Source: a virus. Taken from it: 64,000 nt of DNA. The notes under the pieces were generated by a model that made no database searches, was not told the origin of the DNA, and saw only the letters and a program-made list of their open reading frames with translations. Numbering within the stretch: the first letter of the stretch is position 1; each line of letters starts with the position of its first letter. This document shows positions 54,976 to 63,429 of the stretch, piece after piece. The stretch spans positions 92,638 to 156,637 of the IMG/VR virus record IMGVR_UViG_3300021091_000014; one strand, written 5' to 3'. Position numbers and translations under genes: made by a program.

Positions 54976-55297
54976 ATTACTTGTAATAGGATTTTCCTCA
55001 GGGATAGTTACCGCTGTCATTCTTATTGCGTACCATCGCTACCGCTATTACAAAATGCTTCTTCGCATGAAAGATCATGCTGAAGGAATTTTAGAAGAAT
55101 TTGAAGAGAGAGTAGTTAGAGCAAGACTTGAATTTGATTCAAATAACATGCTATGTTATAATAGAGAAACAGATGAGTTTTTAGCCCAGGCAAAAACATG
55201 GGATGAACTTAACATCGTTCTTAAAAATAGATTTCCAGATAAGATGTTTGATGTCCCTCAAGAACAAATTAATAGAGCACAAACCTATGGAAAATAA
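54968..55297 (+). CDS. Hypothetical protein with N-terminal membrane anchor
   Basis: Hydrophobic N-terminus; FLAQ...RFP motif. Confidence 0.6.
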   Translation: MFELLVIGFSSGIVTAVILIAYHRYRYYKMLLRMKDHAEGILEEFEERVVRARLEFDSNNMLCYNRETDEFLAQAKTWDELNIVLKNRFPDKMFDVPQEQINRAQTYGK

Positions 55298-55499
55298 ATC
55301 CTACTCTTGTAGCGTTTTAGAAATTTTAGATAATGGTGACACTATAATTGAACTACCTGCCGAATTCTTATCAGACGTAGGATGGAAAATAGGGGATGAG
55401 TTAGATTTTATTACAGAAGACAAAAAAATTATAGTGAAGAATCTTACAAAGGAAAATGATCATGCAAGAAATAACAACAGTAAAACTAGTGTCGGGTGA
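55287..55499 (+). CDS. AbrB/MazE-like swapped-hairpin DNA-binding protein
   Basis: IELPxEFLxxxGWKIGDELDF pattern; likely start MENKSY. Confidence 0.6.
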   Translation: MENKSYSCSVLEILDNGDTIIELPAEFLSDVGWKIGDELDFITEDKKIIVKNLTKENDHARNNNSKTSVG

Positions 55500-55737
55500 A
55501 GAAATTATTGGTAGGTTAGTTAAAAAGAAAGACAACACTCTAACTCTCTCAAAGCCAGTTCAAATAGTAGCATCACAAAAAGGCATGGGCTTTGCCCCTC
55601 TTTGTATCTCTATTGATGATGCATCAGAGTTTACCTTTAAAGATGAGCACATTCTCTTTACTGCAACAACTAGAAAAGAACTAGAAGAAGCTTATATTAA
55701 ATCTACTACTGGCATTCAACTTGCTGGTGGGCTGTAA
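55456..55737 (+). CDS. Sm/LSm-like small protein
   Basis: TVKLVSGEEIIGR...LxxP...YxxxTTGI. Confidence 0.55.
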   Translation: MIMQEITTVKLVSGEEIIGRLVKKKDNTLTLSKPVQIVASQKGMGFAPLCISIDDASEFTFKDEHILFTATTRKELEEAYIKSTTGIQLAGGL

Positions 55738-57128
55738 TGGCATTAGAGAAGCAAATACTTTCAAAGCTAGTCTTTGATGAAGACTTTTTAAGAAAAACAA
55801 TTCCCTTTCTAAAAGAGGAGTATTTTACTTCTAACTCTGATAAAAGAATATTTAAGTTAGTAATTGAATATGTAAAGAAGTATAATAGTTGTCCATCAGT
55901 TCCTGCGCTTGTTATTGAGATTGATAACGTTACAGGTATAAGTGATGATGAGCATAAAGAGATAGTTGATTTTGTTAGAGGTATTAAAAATGATGAGGTA
56001 GATAAACAATGGTTGCTCGATCAGACAGAGAGATTTTGTCAGGACAAAGCAATCTACAATGCCATTATGACGTCCATACAGATTTTAGACGGGCGCAATC
56101 AAAAGCAAGACAAAGGAAGTATTCCTACTATACTTTCCGATGCGTTAGCAGTATCATTTGACAGTCACATAGGTCATGATTTTTTAGAGGATTATTTAAA
56201 TAGATATGATTTCTATCATAAAAAAGAGCATCGTATTCCGTTCGATCTGGAGTACTTTAACAGAATCACCAAAGGTGGTTTACCCAATAAAACTCTTAAC
56301 GTCGCTCTTGCTGGTACTGGCGTCGGTAAGTCTCTTTTTATGTGTCATTGCGCTGCTAGTAACCTCTCTGCCGGACATAACGTTTTATACATTACGTTAG
56401 AAATGTCTGAGGAGAAGATTGCTGAGCGTATCGATGCTAATCTTCTTAATGTTCAGATAGATGAACTGACGGTACTTCCTAAAGATGCTTATGAAAAAAA
56501 GGTTAACAGAGTAAAAGATAAAACTACTGGAAAACTGGTTATCAAGGAGTATCCCACAGCGGCCGCTGGTGCAAATCATTTTAGACATCTTCTTAATGAA
56601 CTCAGCCTGAAGCGTAATTTTGTACCGGATATCATTTATATTGATTATCTGAATATTTGTATATCATCTAGACTTAAATTTGGTTCTAACGTTAATTCAT
56701 ATTCCTATATTAAATCGATTGCTGAAGAGTTAAGAGGGTTAGCTGTTGAGCATAACGTTCCAATTGTTACGGCTACTCAGACGACTCGCTCTGGCTACAC
56801 GAATACAGATCTAGGTCTCGAAGACACATCAGAATCGTTTGGATTACCTGCAACTGCTGACTTTATGTTCGCATTAATATCCTCTGAAGAACTGGAGACG
56901 CTTGGGCAGATCATGGTTAAACAACTAAAAAACAGGTATAACGACCCAACGGCTTATCGAAAGTTCGTAATAGGTATAGATAGGGCGAAAATGAAGCTCT
57001 ATGATGTAGAACAGCGCGCACAAGATGATATTTCTGATGATAAACCCGCTTTCGATAGTTCCGAAAGCGGTAAGAGAATAAGTACTGAACGTAAGTTCAA
57101 CAAGGATTTATTTTCTGATTTTTCGTAA
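55737..57128 (+). CDS. gp41: Replicative DNA helicase gp41
   Basis: AGTGVGKS, LEMSEE, IDYLNI, ATQTTR, SESFGLPATAD, KNRY. Confidence 0.96.
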   Translation: MALEKQILSKLVFDEDFLRKTIPFLKEEYFTSNSDKRIFKLVIEYVKKYNSCPSVPALVIEIDNVTGISDDEHKEIVDFVRGIKNDEVDKQWLLDQTERFCQDKAIYNAIMTSIQILDGRNQKQDKGSIPTILSDALAVSFDSHIGHDFLEDYLNRYDFYHKKEHRIPFDLEYFNRITKGGLPNKTLNVALAGTGVGKSLFMCHCAASNLSAGHNVLYITLEMSEEKIAERIDANLLNVQIDELTVLPKDAYEKKVNRVKDKTTGKLVIKEYPTAAAGANHFRHLLNELSLKRNFVPDIIYIDYLNICISSRLKFGSNVNSYSYIKSIAEELRGLAVEHNVPIVTATQTTRSGYTNTDLGLEDTSESFGLPATADFMFALISSEELETLGQIMVKQLKNRYNDPTAYRKFVIGIDRAKMKLYDVEQRAQDDISDDKPAFDSSESGKRISTERKFNKDLFSDFS

Positions 57129-57667
57129 TGGATGAATATACAAAAACCCATAAATATTGGTATCCTAAGGGTGCAATTATGCAAATCGAGGTTACCGGAC
57201 ATCGATCAACTCGATACAAAAAATTAATTTCTAGTGCTGTAGAATTCTACTGCGCTAAACTTATGTCCAAGAGAATGTGCAATTCTCTTGATATAAAAGT
57301 TTTAATGAAAAAGCGGTTAGATGATGATGAAGATTTTGAAGCCTTTTGCAATTACGTGGGAAAAAATGAGGGATATAGAGAGTTTGAAATAGAAGTAAAA
57401 AAAGGTCTATCGGTCAGAGATACTTTAACATATTTGGCACATGAGTGCGTTCACGTTAAGCAATTTGCTACAGGTGAAATGAGGGACGGGGCTGTGTATG
57501 CAATTACAACTAAATGGAAAGGAAGAGAAATTAACGAGCAGCGCGTTGATTACTGGGACCTTCCATGGGAAATAGAAGCATACGGACGCGAAAAAGGACT
57601 TTATAGCAGGTTCATTTTAAACTCAAGCATAATAGATGAAAAGTTTTTAGATTCTGTTTTGTTTTGA
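57128..57667 (+). CDS. HExxH zinc metallopeptidase-like protein (start may be 57179)
   Basis: LAHECVHVKQ and YWxxPWEIEAY. Confidence 0.75.
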   Translation: MDEYTKTHKYWYPKGAIMQIEVTGHRSTRYKKLISSAVEFYCAKLMSKRMCNSLDIKVLMKKRLDDDEDFEAFCNYVGKNEGYREFEIEVKKGLSVRDTLTYLAHECVHVKQFATGEMRDGAVYAITTKWKGREINEQRVDYWDLPWEIEAYGREKGLYSRFILNSSIIDEKFLDSVLF

Positions 57668-57909
57668 TGGATAAATCTAATCAAAAAGTAAGGAAACTTG
57701 ACCTTACAACTCTTAAAACGGAAAGCGGCTTTGAGCTGTTTTCTTTCAACACAGTGCTTTTAAAAAACTGGTTTATAAAAGCATCTATATCAAATGCTGA
57801 TACTATTTGTGTTCTAATGATGAACATTGAATCAGAAGAGTTAGTAGTTGGGTTTTTTACTGACGAAGTAAAAGCAAATGATTTTGTCAACTTCTGGACA
57901 CAATTCTAG
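57664..57909 (+). CDS. Hypothetical protein
   Basis: Coupled to the upstream stop. Confidence 0.55.
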   Translation: MMDKSNQKVRKLDLTTLKTESGFELFSFNTVLLKNWFIKASISNADTICVLMMNIESEELVVGFFTDEVKANDFVNFWTQF

Positions 57910-57916
57910 ATAAATA
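57909..57916 (+). promoter_or_regulatory. Late-promoter variant
   Basis: GATAAATA; similar NATAAATA sites at 58562, 60178 and 63401 each precede an ORF. Confidence 0.5.
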
Positions 57917-57958
57917 AAATAGCGTCATTTTTGGCGCTTTTTAACCTAAAGGAACAAT

Positions 57959-58063
57959 ATGAAGAAGCCTTTAATAGTCTTCTTCGTCATGTTTTTATTC
58001 TATGGTTGTGTGCTAGCACAAACCACATATAATTCGAAAAATGCCCGAACAAAAACCACCTAG
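57959..58063 (+). pseudogene. 34-aa signal-peptide-only ORF, probable truncated remnant
   Basis: MKKPLIVFFVMFLFYGCVLA-QTTYNSK...* with AAAGGA RBS. Confidence 0.4.
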
Positions 58064-58484
58064 TGTAGCTAAGCTTGCTGTTAACACTATTAAAGAGGCT
58101 AAAGATGCTGGTGAAGAATTAGGTAGAATGATTGTTGAGATGCAGCAACAAAATGAAAGACAAATTAGACAATATCAAAATAATGTTTTAAAGGAAAGAA
58201 GAGAAGCAAGATATCACGATCGTGAGTTGGATCAGCGAGCATTGGATGAATGGATTGCAGAAGAAAAACGTGCAAAAAATTTAGAGAATGTTAAGCAAGA
58301 AGTAGAAAAAACTTACGGGAAAGGTGCTTGGGAAAAAATCCAGGCAACAAAACAAAGAATGTTAGAAATAGAAAAGCAAGATAAAAAAGTAGCCGACGAA
58401 TTACGTAACAAAATGAATGATTTGTTTTGGTGGTGCTTAGGTGCAGCTGCATTAATTACATTTGCTTTTAAGCTTTACAAATAA
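58041..58484 (+). CDS. Coiled-coil protein with C-terminal TM segment
   Basis: Charged helical body, hydrophobic C-terminus. Confidence 0.65.
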   Translation: MPEQKPPSVAKLAVNTIKEAKDAGEELGRMIVEMQQQNERQIRQYQNNVLKERREARYHDRELDQRALDEWIAEEKRAKNLENVKQEVEKTYGKGAWEKIQATKQRMLEIEKQDKKVADELRNKMNDLFWWCLGAAALITFAFKLYK

Positions 58485-58587
58485 TGCGCCCAGCTCAATT
58501 ATTCGCTATAATTAGTATAGCGTCATCACTCTTTCTGATTTGGCTCGAGCATCAAAAATAACATAAATACTGAAAAGTGGAGGTATT

Positions 58588-59013
58588 ATGTATTTGTATA
58601 GATGTAAAATTATTAAAGTGCTTGACGGAGATACTGTCGATATAGATTTAGATCTAGGATTTAACATAATCCTTGCTAATCAGCGTGTAAGGATGGCTGG
58701 TGTCGATACCCCTGAATCAAGAACTGCTAACGAAGAAGAAAAAGTTCGTGGACTTTTATCTAAAAAGAAAGTTCAGGAAAAATTGCCTATTGGTTCTTGG
58801 CAAAAAATCCAAACAATGAAGGCAAATAGTAACGATGATAAATTTGGTCGTATACTTGGCGTATTTGTTTTAGAGGATGGTGTAAGCCTTAACCAATGGA
58901 TGATTGATAATAACTATGCTGTCCTTTATCAAGGTGAAAGTAAGGAGCTCGTACAAGAAAGCCACAAGTATAATAAGAAAAAATTAATTGAAAGAGGTGA
59001 ATTGAGTGCCTGA
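58588..59013 (+). CDS. Thermonuclease (SNase-like)
   Basis: KVLDGDTVD, RVRMAGVDTPES, KFGRILG; GGAGG RBS. Confidence 0.88.
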   Translation: MYLYRCKIIKVLDGDTVDIDLDLGFNIILANQRVRMAGVDTPESRTANEEEKVRGLLSKKKVQEKLPIGSWQKIQTMKANSNDDKFGRILGVFVLEDGVSLNQWMIDNNYAVLYQGESKELVQESHKYNKKKLIERGELSA

Positions 59014-59308
59014 TGCACCATTGTTCCCTACTCAATCTGGCTTAAAGTTTGAAGAAGAGATTGATATAAATCAAGATGGTATAGTTTCTTCTAAAGAAGA
59101 AGAGATATATGAAAAGAAAGCTATAAACAGAAGAAGAATGGCTTGGGTATCTCTTGTAGCAATGATTATTTCTGGCTTTGCTCTTATGTTCCTTATTCCC
59201 GAAGCAAGATTACAAAAACTAGGTGCCATGTTAGACCTCTATTGGATTTCCCTCGGAGGAATTACAGGTGCTTATGTTGGTATTTCAACTTGGATGTCAA
59301 AAAGATGA
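59006..59308 (+). CDS. Two-TM membrane protein with an EF-hand-like loop, possible holin
   Basis: DINQDGIVSSKE, RRRMAW, two TM segments. Confidence 0.55.
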   Translation: MPDAPLFPTQSGLKFEEEIDINQDGIVSSKEEEIYEKKAINRRRMAWVSLVAMIISGFALMFLIPEARLQKLGAMLDLYWISLGGITGAYVGISTWMSKR

Positions 59309-59571
59309 ACGATAAAAAACTTTTTTGGTTTTTAGGATTCTTAGTCCTACTGCCAATCGGCTTAGCAGCCTTTGGTGGAGATAGGTTTAGATACCCTTGC
59401 CAAGACCCAGCTAACTGGGAATCAGATATTTGTAAAAAACCTCTTTGTGATGTGACTAGATCTTGTCCAGAGCATGTATTTAAAGGTGGTAGAGATCCAA
59501 GATTAGGACCTCCTTCTGAAAACACTCCAACAACTTCTCCTACAGCACCAAGTATAGGTAATTGCAAATGA
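59305..59571 (+). CDS. Small exported Cys-rich protein
   Basis: Likely start MNDKKLFW; hydrophobic leader then RYPCQDPxNWxxxxCxxPxCxxxxxCP. Confidence 0.65.
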   Translation: MNDKKLFWFLGFLVLLPIGLAAFGGDRFRYPCQDPANWESDICKKPLCDVTRSCPEHVFKGGRDPRLGPPSENTPTTSPTAPSIGNCK

Positions 59572-60113
59572 ACTTAAATCTATTAAAAAAAGAATCTAAA
59601 GAAGAGACACAGGAGCCCTTTATGTATACTGAAGATCAATTGATGGCTCGATTAAAATTTTTTATTGGTGTTTGCTTGTCACTCACTTTAACGGGTATTG
59701 TGTTTGTTGTTTTATATTCTATTATCTTTGTTACGCAGCCTCTTAATGCAATTTCACCTATCGATCAAAAGTTCTTTGAAATGCTTATTCCTATCTCTAC
59801 ATTTTTAACTGGAATTCTTTCTGGTATAATGTTAGCTGATAAAGGTGATAAAGAAGCTAAAATGAAAGCAATCGAAGCAGCTACTAGACCTACTCCAGTC
59901 TCTCCAAATCCTACTAGCACTTCGACAGGGCTATCTTCTTCTTTTACACCGAGACCTTTTTCTCCTGCCATGCCTTCAATGGGACTGTCTCAGTCTTCAG
60001 TAATGCCTCAACCAGTTGTAGGCACTGCTCCTCCTCCACCTCCTAACATCGCCCCACCCCCTCCTCCATTAAATGGAATGCCTCCTCCTCCTAACATACC
60101 AAAGCCGCAATGA
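59562..60113 (+). CDS. Two-TM membrane protein with Pro-rich tail
   Basis: Two hydrophobic helices; poly-Pro C-terminus. Confidence 0.7.
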   Translation: MQMNLNLLKKESKEETQEPFMYTEDQLMARLKFFIGVCLSLTLTGIVFVVLYSIIFVTQPLNAISPIDQKFFEMLIPISTFLTGILSGIMLADKGDKEAKMKAIEAATRPTPVSPNPTSTSTGLSSSFTPRPFSPAMPSMGLSQSSVMPQPVVGTAPPPPPNIAPPPPPLNGMPPPPNIPKPQ

Positions 60114-60213
60114 TAGCATTATTATTTGATCAAATAGTTAACCTATTTTTATTTGTTTATTTTTCTTTTTTTGACTTGATAAATAAACTTAACTAATTTT
60201 TTTAAAAAATAAT

Positions 60214-61227
60214 ATGCCTGTAAAAAGCTCTGGCTCATTAAAACTCAATAGTGACCTTGGATGGGAGTACGGTAAAATCACCTCTCAAAGCACCTCTATG
60301 AGTTGGATTAGAGCTTCTGGAGAGGCTGGTAGTTCAGGTAAATTTAGTGCATATTACGGAACAAAATCCGCTAGATCAGTTCCTTATTACACCTCCCCGG
60401 TTAACCTGTTTCACCTGAATGTGCCAAATAATGACAGATTGCTTGAATGGACATTCAGTATACAAGATTTTTCGCATAGAATTTATAATGCTACTGCCGG
60501 AGGAGCTCCTGTAATTAATTTTTATAATGTAAATTTTCCATCTGGGCTAGAGCCTTTTGGACACGATGGTTATTATTGGATTCTTAATCAAGGAAATGTT
60601 CCGGGTGTTTTTTCTTGTGATACAAACGGATCCATATCTTACAGCCCTGGCAGCTCTAGGAGGGTTGAGCTTACAAAAATTCCTTCCTACCCTGGAAATG
60701 CTCAATTTAATCCAGGCCATGGCGCAGTTATGGCTGAAGACTCTGGTGAACCTAATTCGGGGGCATATGATATAAAAGTAAATGTTACCGGATATTCTTC
60801 CGGCCCTAAAGGGTTTTGTGGGTTTTTTAATCCTCGATTGTGGTTTAATAGAACTGCTACAATTCTAGATGATAATCAAACTCAAACTTTTTATATTCCT
60901 TTTGTAAAAGATCCGCAAGTTAATATATTATCCGGTTCCGTTTTTCCATATTATAATCCTAATTCTGCTTTAGGAGGCCCACAAGCCCTAGAAGTAGTTA
61001 CTTTTGATATTGGAGGAGTGTATATAAGAAATAGGTTTGCAGGTCAATCTGGAATTAATCCGTCAAGCTATGATGTAGATTATGTAAACACCGGTACTCC
61101 ATACGCTGCAAGCGTAATACAAGTTAATTATACCGCTTCTTATCAAGGACAAAATTGGTCATCTAGTTTTTACCACTGGGTAAACTATAGAAGACTTAAC
61201 GTAGCTTCCGGCGGCGGGGGATATTAA
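60214..61227 (+). CDS. Probable virion/adhesin protein
   Basis: MPVKSSGSLKL...E(Y)G...S(A)YYG N-terminus typical of fibre-tip proteins; Gly/Asn/Tyr-rich; GATAAATA upstream. Confidence 0.55.
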   Translation: MPVKSSGSLKLNSDLGWEYGKITSQSTSMSWIRASGEAGSSGKFSAYYGTKSARSVPYYTSPVNLFHLNVPNNDRLLEWTFSIQDFSHRIYNATAGGAPVINFYNVNFPSGLEPFGHDGYYWILNQGNVPGVFSCDTNGSISYSPGSSRRVELTKIPSYPGNAQFNPGHGAVMAEDSGEPNSGAYDIKVNVTGYSSGPKGFCGFFNPRLWFNRTATILDDNQTQTFYIPFVKDPQVNILSGSVFPYYNPNSALGGPQALEVVTFDIGGVYIRNRFAGQSGINPSSYDVDYVNTGTPYAASVIQVNYTASYQGQNWSSSFYHWVNYRRLNVASGGGGY

Positions 61228-61760
61228 TTTTTTTTATTTTTTGTATATAGAATATATTCAGCTGCTTCAGGCGATCTTCCCCAAATCATTCCTTCTTCTA
61301 ATTCAAATCCCCTTCTTTCTTTACCAGTAATAGGATTGTGCATCCATCGTCTTCCTTGAATAGGATCTCTACCTTTTCTTGCAAATGCAATTAGTTTTTT
61401 TGTATGCTCGGAGTGTTTTTGCCCTTCAAAAATAGACTTTCCTTTTCTATATTTTGAAATACTTTCTGAATGTTCTTTAGTTCGAACATATCTTTTTAAT
61501 GCAAAAGAAATATTATTACTAATTTGCTTTTTCATTTCATCAGACCAGTACTTCCATCCAATCTTTTTCTTAATGTGGCAGTCTTTTACGACTTCTTGTG
61601 CGTTGTATTGCTTAAATAATTTTTCGCATGCTGAATCAATGTTATCTTGATCCTTAACGGAAAAAATCTGTTCGTAATTTGTTCCGTACTTTTCACGAAA
61701 TTCTTTTTCTGATTTATCGTAAACAATAAGTTTTTTTTCAATTAGAAAAATTCTAAACAT
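61224..61760 (-). CDS. NUMOD3-repeat DNA-binding protein, homing-endonuclease-related
   Basis: SDEMKKQIS, RTKEHSESISKYRKG, GQKHSEHTKKLIAFARKG, GRRWMHN; the only credible minus-strand gene. Confidence 0.6.
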   Translation of the reverse strand: MFRIFLIEKKLIVYDKSEKEFREKYGTNYEQIFSVKDQDNIDSACEKLFKQYNAQEVVKDCHIKKKIGWKYWSDEMKKQISNNISFALKRYVRTKEHSESISKYRKGKSIFEGQKHSEHTKKLIAFARKGRDPIQGRRWMHNPITGKERRGFELEEGMIWGRSPEAAEYILYTKNKKN

Positions 61761-61819
61761 AGTGGTAATTTTTAAAGTAATAGGTTATAATGTATGTATT
61801 AAAAAAAATAAATATGTAA

Positions 61820-62173
61820 ATGAAACTCTGGAAAAATCTTAACGAATCCGATCGCAGTCAAGTAATTATTACCATTCTGCTTTTTTCTTTTTTTACTATT
61901 CTTATTCTTATTGCTTTCCTAACAAGCAGGGGGCAGGATATTGAATACTTTAAAAATAGAATTGATATGGTTGACCAGCGCACTCTTTACATGGATCAAA
62001 AAATTGACAAGATGAATGAAAAAATGGCTGAAAATCGCCTTCTTCTTAATGAAGTGAGAAAAAAAGATGATGAGTTAGAAAAACGAATTGATGAATATGG
62101 TCGATGGATAGAATACTGGAAAACTCTACCTCAACTACCTAAACCCCCTATCTCACCCCCTCCAAAACGTTAA
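61820..62173 (+). CDS. Membrane-anchored coiled-coil protein
   Basis: N-terminal TM, coiled coil, Pro-rich end. Confidence 0.6.
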   Translation: MKLWKNLNESDRSQVIITILLFSFFTILILIAFLTSRGQDIEYFKNRIDMVDQRTLYMDQKIDKMNEKMAENRLLLNEVRKKDDELEKRIDEYGRWIEYWKTLPQLPKPPISPPPKR

Positions 62174-62205
62174 AAATACCGTATCTCTTTAGTACGGTAA
62201 TCAAT

Positions 62206-62227
62206 AAACCACAGCTAGCTGTGGTTT
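62206..62227. repeat. Perfect 22-bp palindrome
   Basis: aaaccacagctagctgtggttt equals its own reverse complement. Confidence 0.85.
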
Positions 62228-62234
62228 TTACCAG

Positions 62235-62263
62235 TTGATCTAATTTTCCGCTTCAGTCATAAT
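62235..62263 (+). promoter_or_regulatory. Sigma70-like early promoter
   Basis: TTGATC-N17-CATAAT, AGGAG RBS downstream. Confidence 0.65.
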
Positions 62264-62289
62264 AGATGTATGATGAATAGGAGAATGAT

Positions 62290-62595
62290 ATGAAGATCTG
62301 CTTTTATACCCAAGACTACGAAAACTACGGAACCGATACCGATCCTTATTGGAAGGCCAAGGGCGGGGAAGACTTTATCATCGAGGCTCCAGAATGGACG
62401 GAGGAGATGGCAAACAATGTTTGTGAGGCTATCTCGGAGAACAATCCGTTCTTTGAGCGCTCGGTGATTGGCTTTGACAAGGTCAGCGACGATTACATGA
62501 CTCAGTTCGAGCGTGATCAGCTGGACTATGAGGGTAAGATTGATTACCCAGCCGTTAGAGCATCGTACGAAGAATTTGTTAAGGAAACTGTATAA
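62290..62595 (+). CDS. Hypothetical early protein
   Basis: TQxxENYG...YWKxKGG...FExxQLxYEG; strong RBS. Confidence 0.7.
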   Translation: MKICFYTQDYENYGTDTDPYWKAKGGEDFIIEAPEWTEEMANNVCEAISENNPFFERSVIGFDKVSDDYMTQFERDQLDYEGKIDYPAVRASYEEFVKETV

Positions 62596-62774
62596 TGGGA
62601 TATTTTAAATCGGTTGCTATTGATATTGAAGAAGCTATCGCTGTGGAGGTAGCAAAAGGATTCGAATCTCGGGATGAGATGCGAGAGGTTTTTATTGAGA
62701 TCGCCCAAGAGTATGATGTATCTGTAGAGGAGGTATGGGCAATCTATCGAGAGGCTGATCTTGCTCATTGCTAA
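62595..62774 (+). CDS. 59-aa acidic hypothetical protein (absent from the ORF track)
   Basis: MGYFKSVAIDIEE...LAHC*, TAATG coupling, AAGGA RBS. Confidence 0.6.
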   Translation: MGYFKSVAIDIEEAIAVEVAKGFESRDEMREVFIEIAQEYDVSVEEVWAIYREADLAHC

Positions 62775-63102
62775 AGAAGTAACTGTATGGAATGAGACAT
62801 TTGACTGTAATCATGTCTATCTTTTCAACGATGCTATGACTAAGGCATATGCATATGTTCGCAATCGTGACTTAAATTTACACATATTTAAAAACCCTAT
62901 GGCTATTAGCACTAAGGGGAGAAAATTTGAAATACTAGAACGTATACAAGAAGAGGATCCTTCTAGAATAGAAGTTAAAGGATCAAAAGGAAGCATTTAT
63001 TACGTTACTAGCAAAGAAGGAAAATATAAATGTACATGTGTCGGATACAAGTATCATGGAACGTGTAAACACATTGAACAGGTCAAAAGTAAAAATGTTT
63101 GA
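62761..63102 (+). CDS. SWIM zinc-finger protein
   Basis: VxGSKGxxYxV...CTCxGYxxHxxCKH. Confidence 0.8.
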   Translation: MLIAKEVTVWNETFDCNHVYLFNDAMTKAYAYVRNRDLNLHIFKNPMAISTKGRKFEILERIQEEDPSRIEVKGSKGSIYYVTSKEGKYKCTCVGYKYHGTCKHIEQVKSKNV

Positions 63103-63256
63103 TACCTGGTTAGAGGATCGTGATATTGAACGCATTTGGAAAGTAGTTCATGGAGAACTTCCATTAGAATTTTGCTCAAAAGAAGAAATAGATGAGTTTT
63201 TTAACATTATAGAACAAGCAGGAAAAAATAAATGGAAATCAATAACTCTTCAGTAA
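63095..63256 (+). CDS. Small hypothetical protein
   Basis: Likely start MFDTWLED, overlapping the upstream stop. Confidence 0.45.
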   Translation: MFDTWLEDRDIERIWKVVHGELPLEFCSKEEIDEFFNIIEQAGKNKWKSITLQ

Positions 63257-63429
63257 AGTGCTGTAATCATAATTGTAATGAGGGGAGAAACTGTCCTCTT
63301 AGATTTTCTTCTCCTGAACTAAAAATATATCAAATTCTTTGGTGCACTTTTTTAGGGCTTTTATTAGGAGCAGTTGTTTCCTGCTCTATTTTTTACCTTT
63401 AATAAATACAGTATCCATATGGGGGTACT

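Noticed and set aside
15648-57128. Introns or inteins in gp17, gp20, gp23, gp43, uvsX or gp41
   Set aside because: All are continuous ORFs of normal length with no intein motifs
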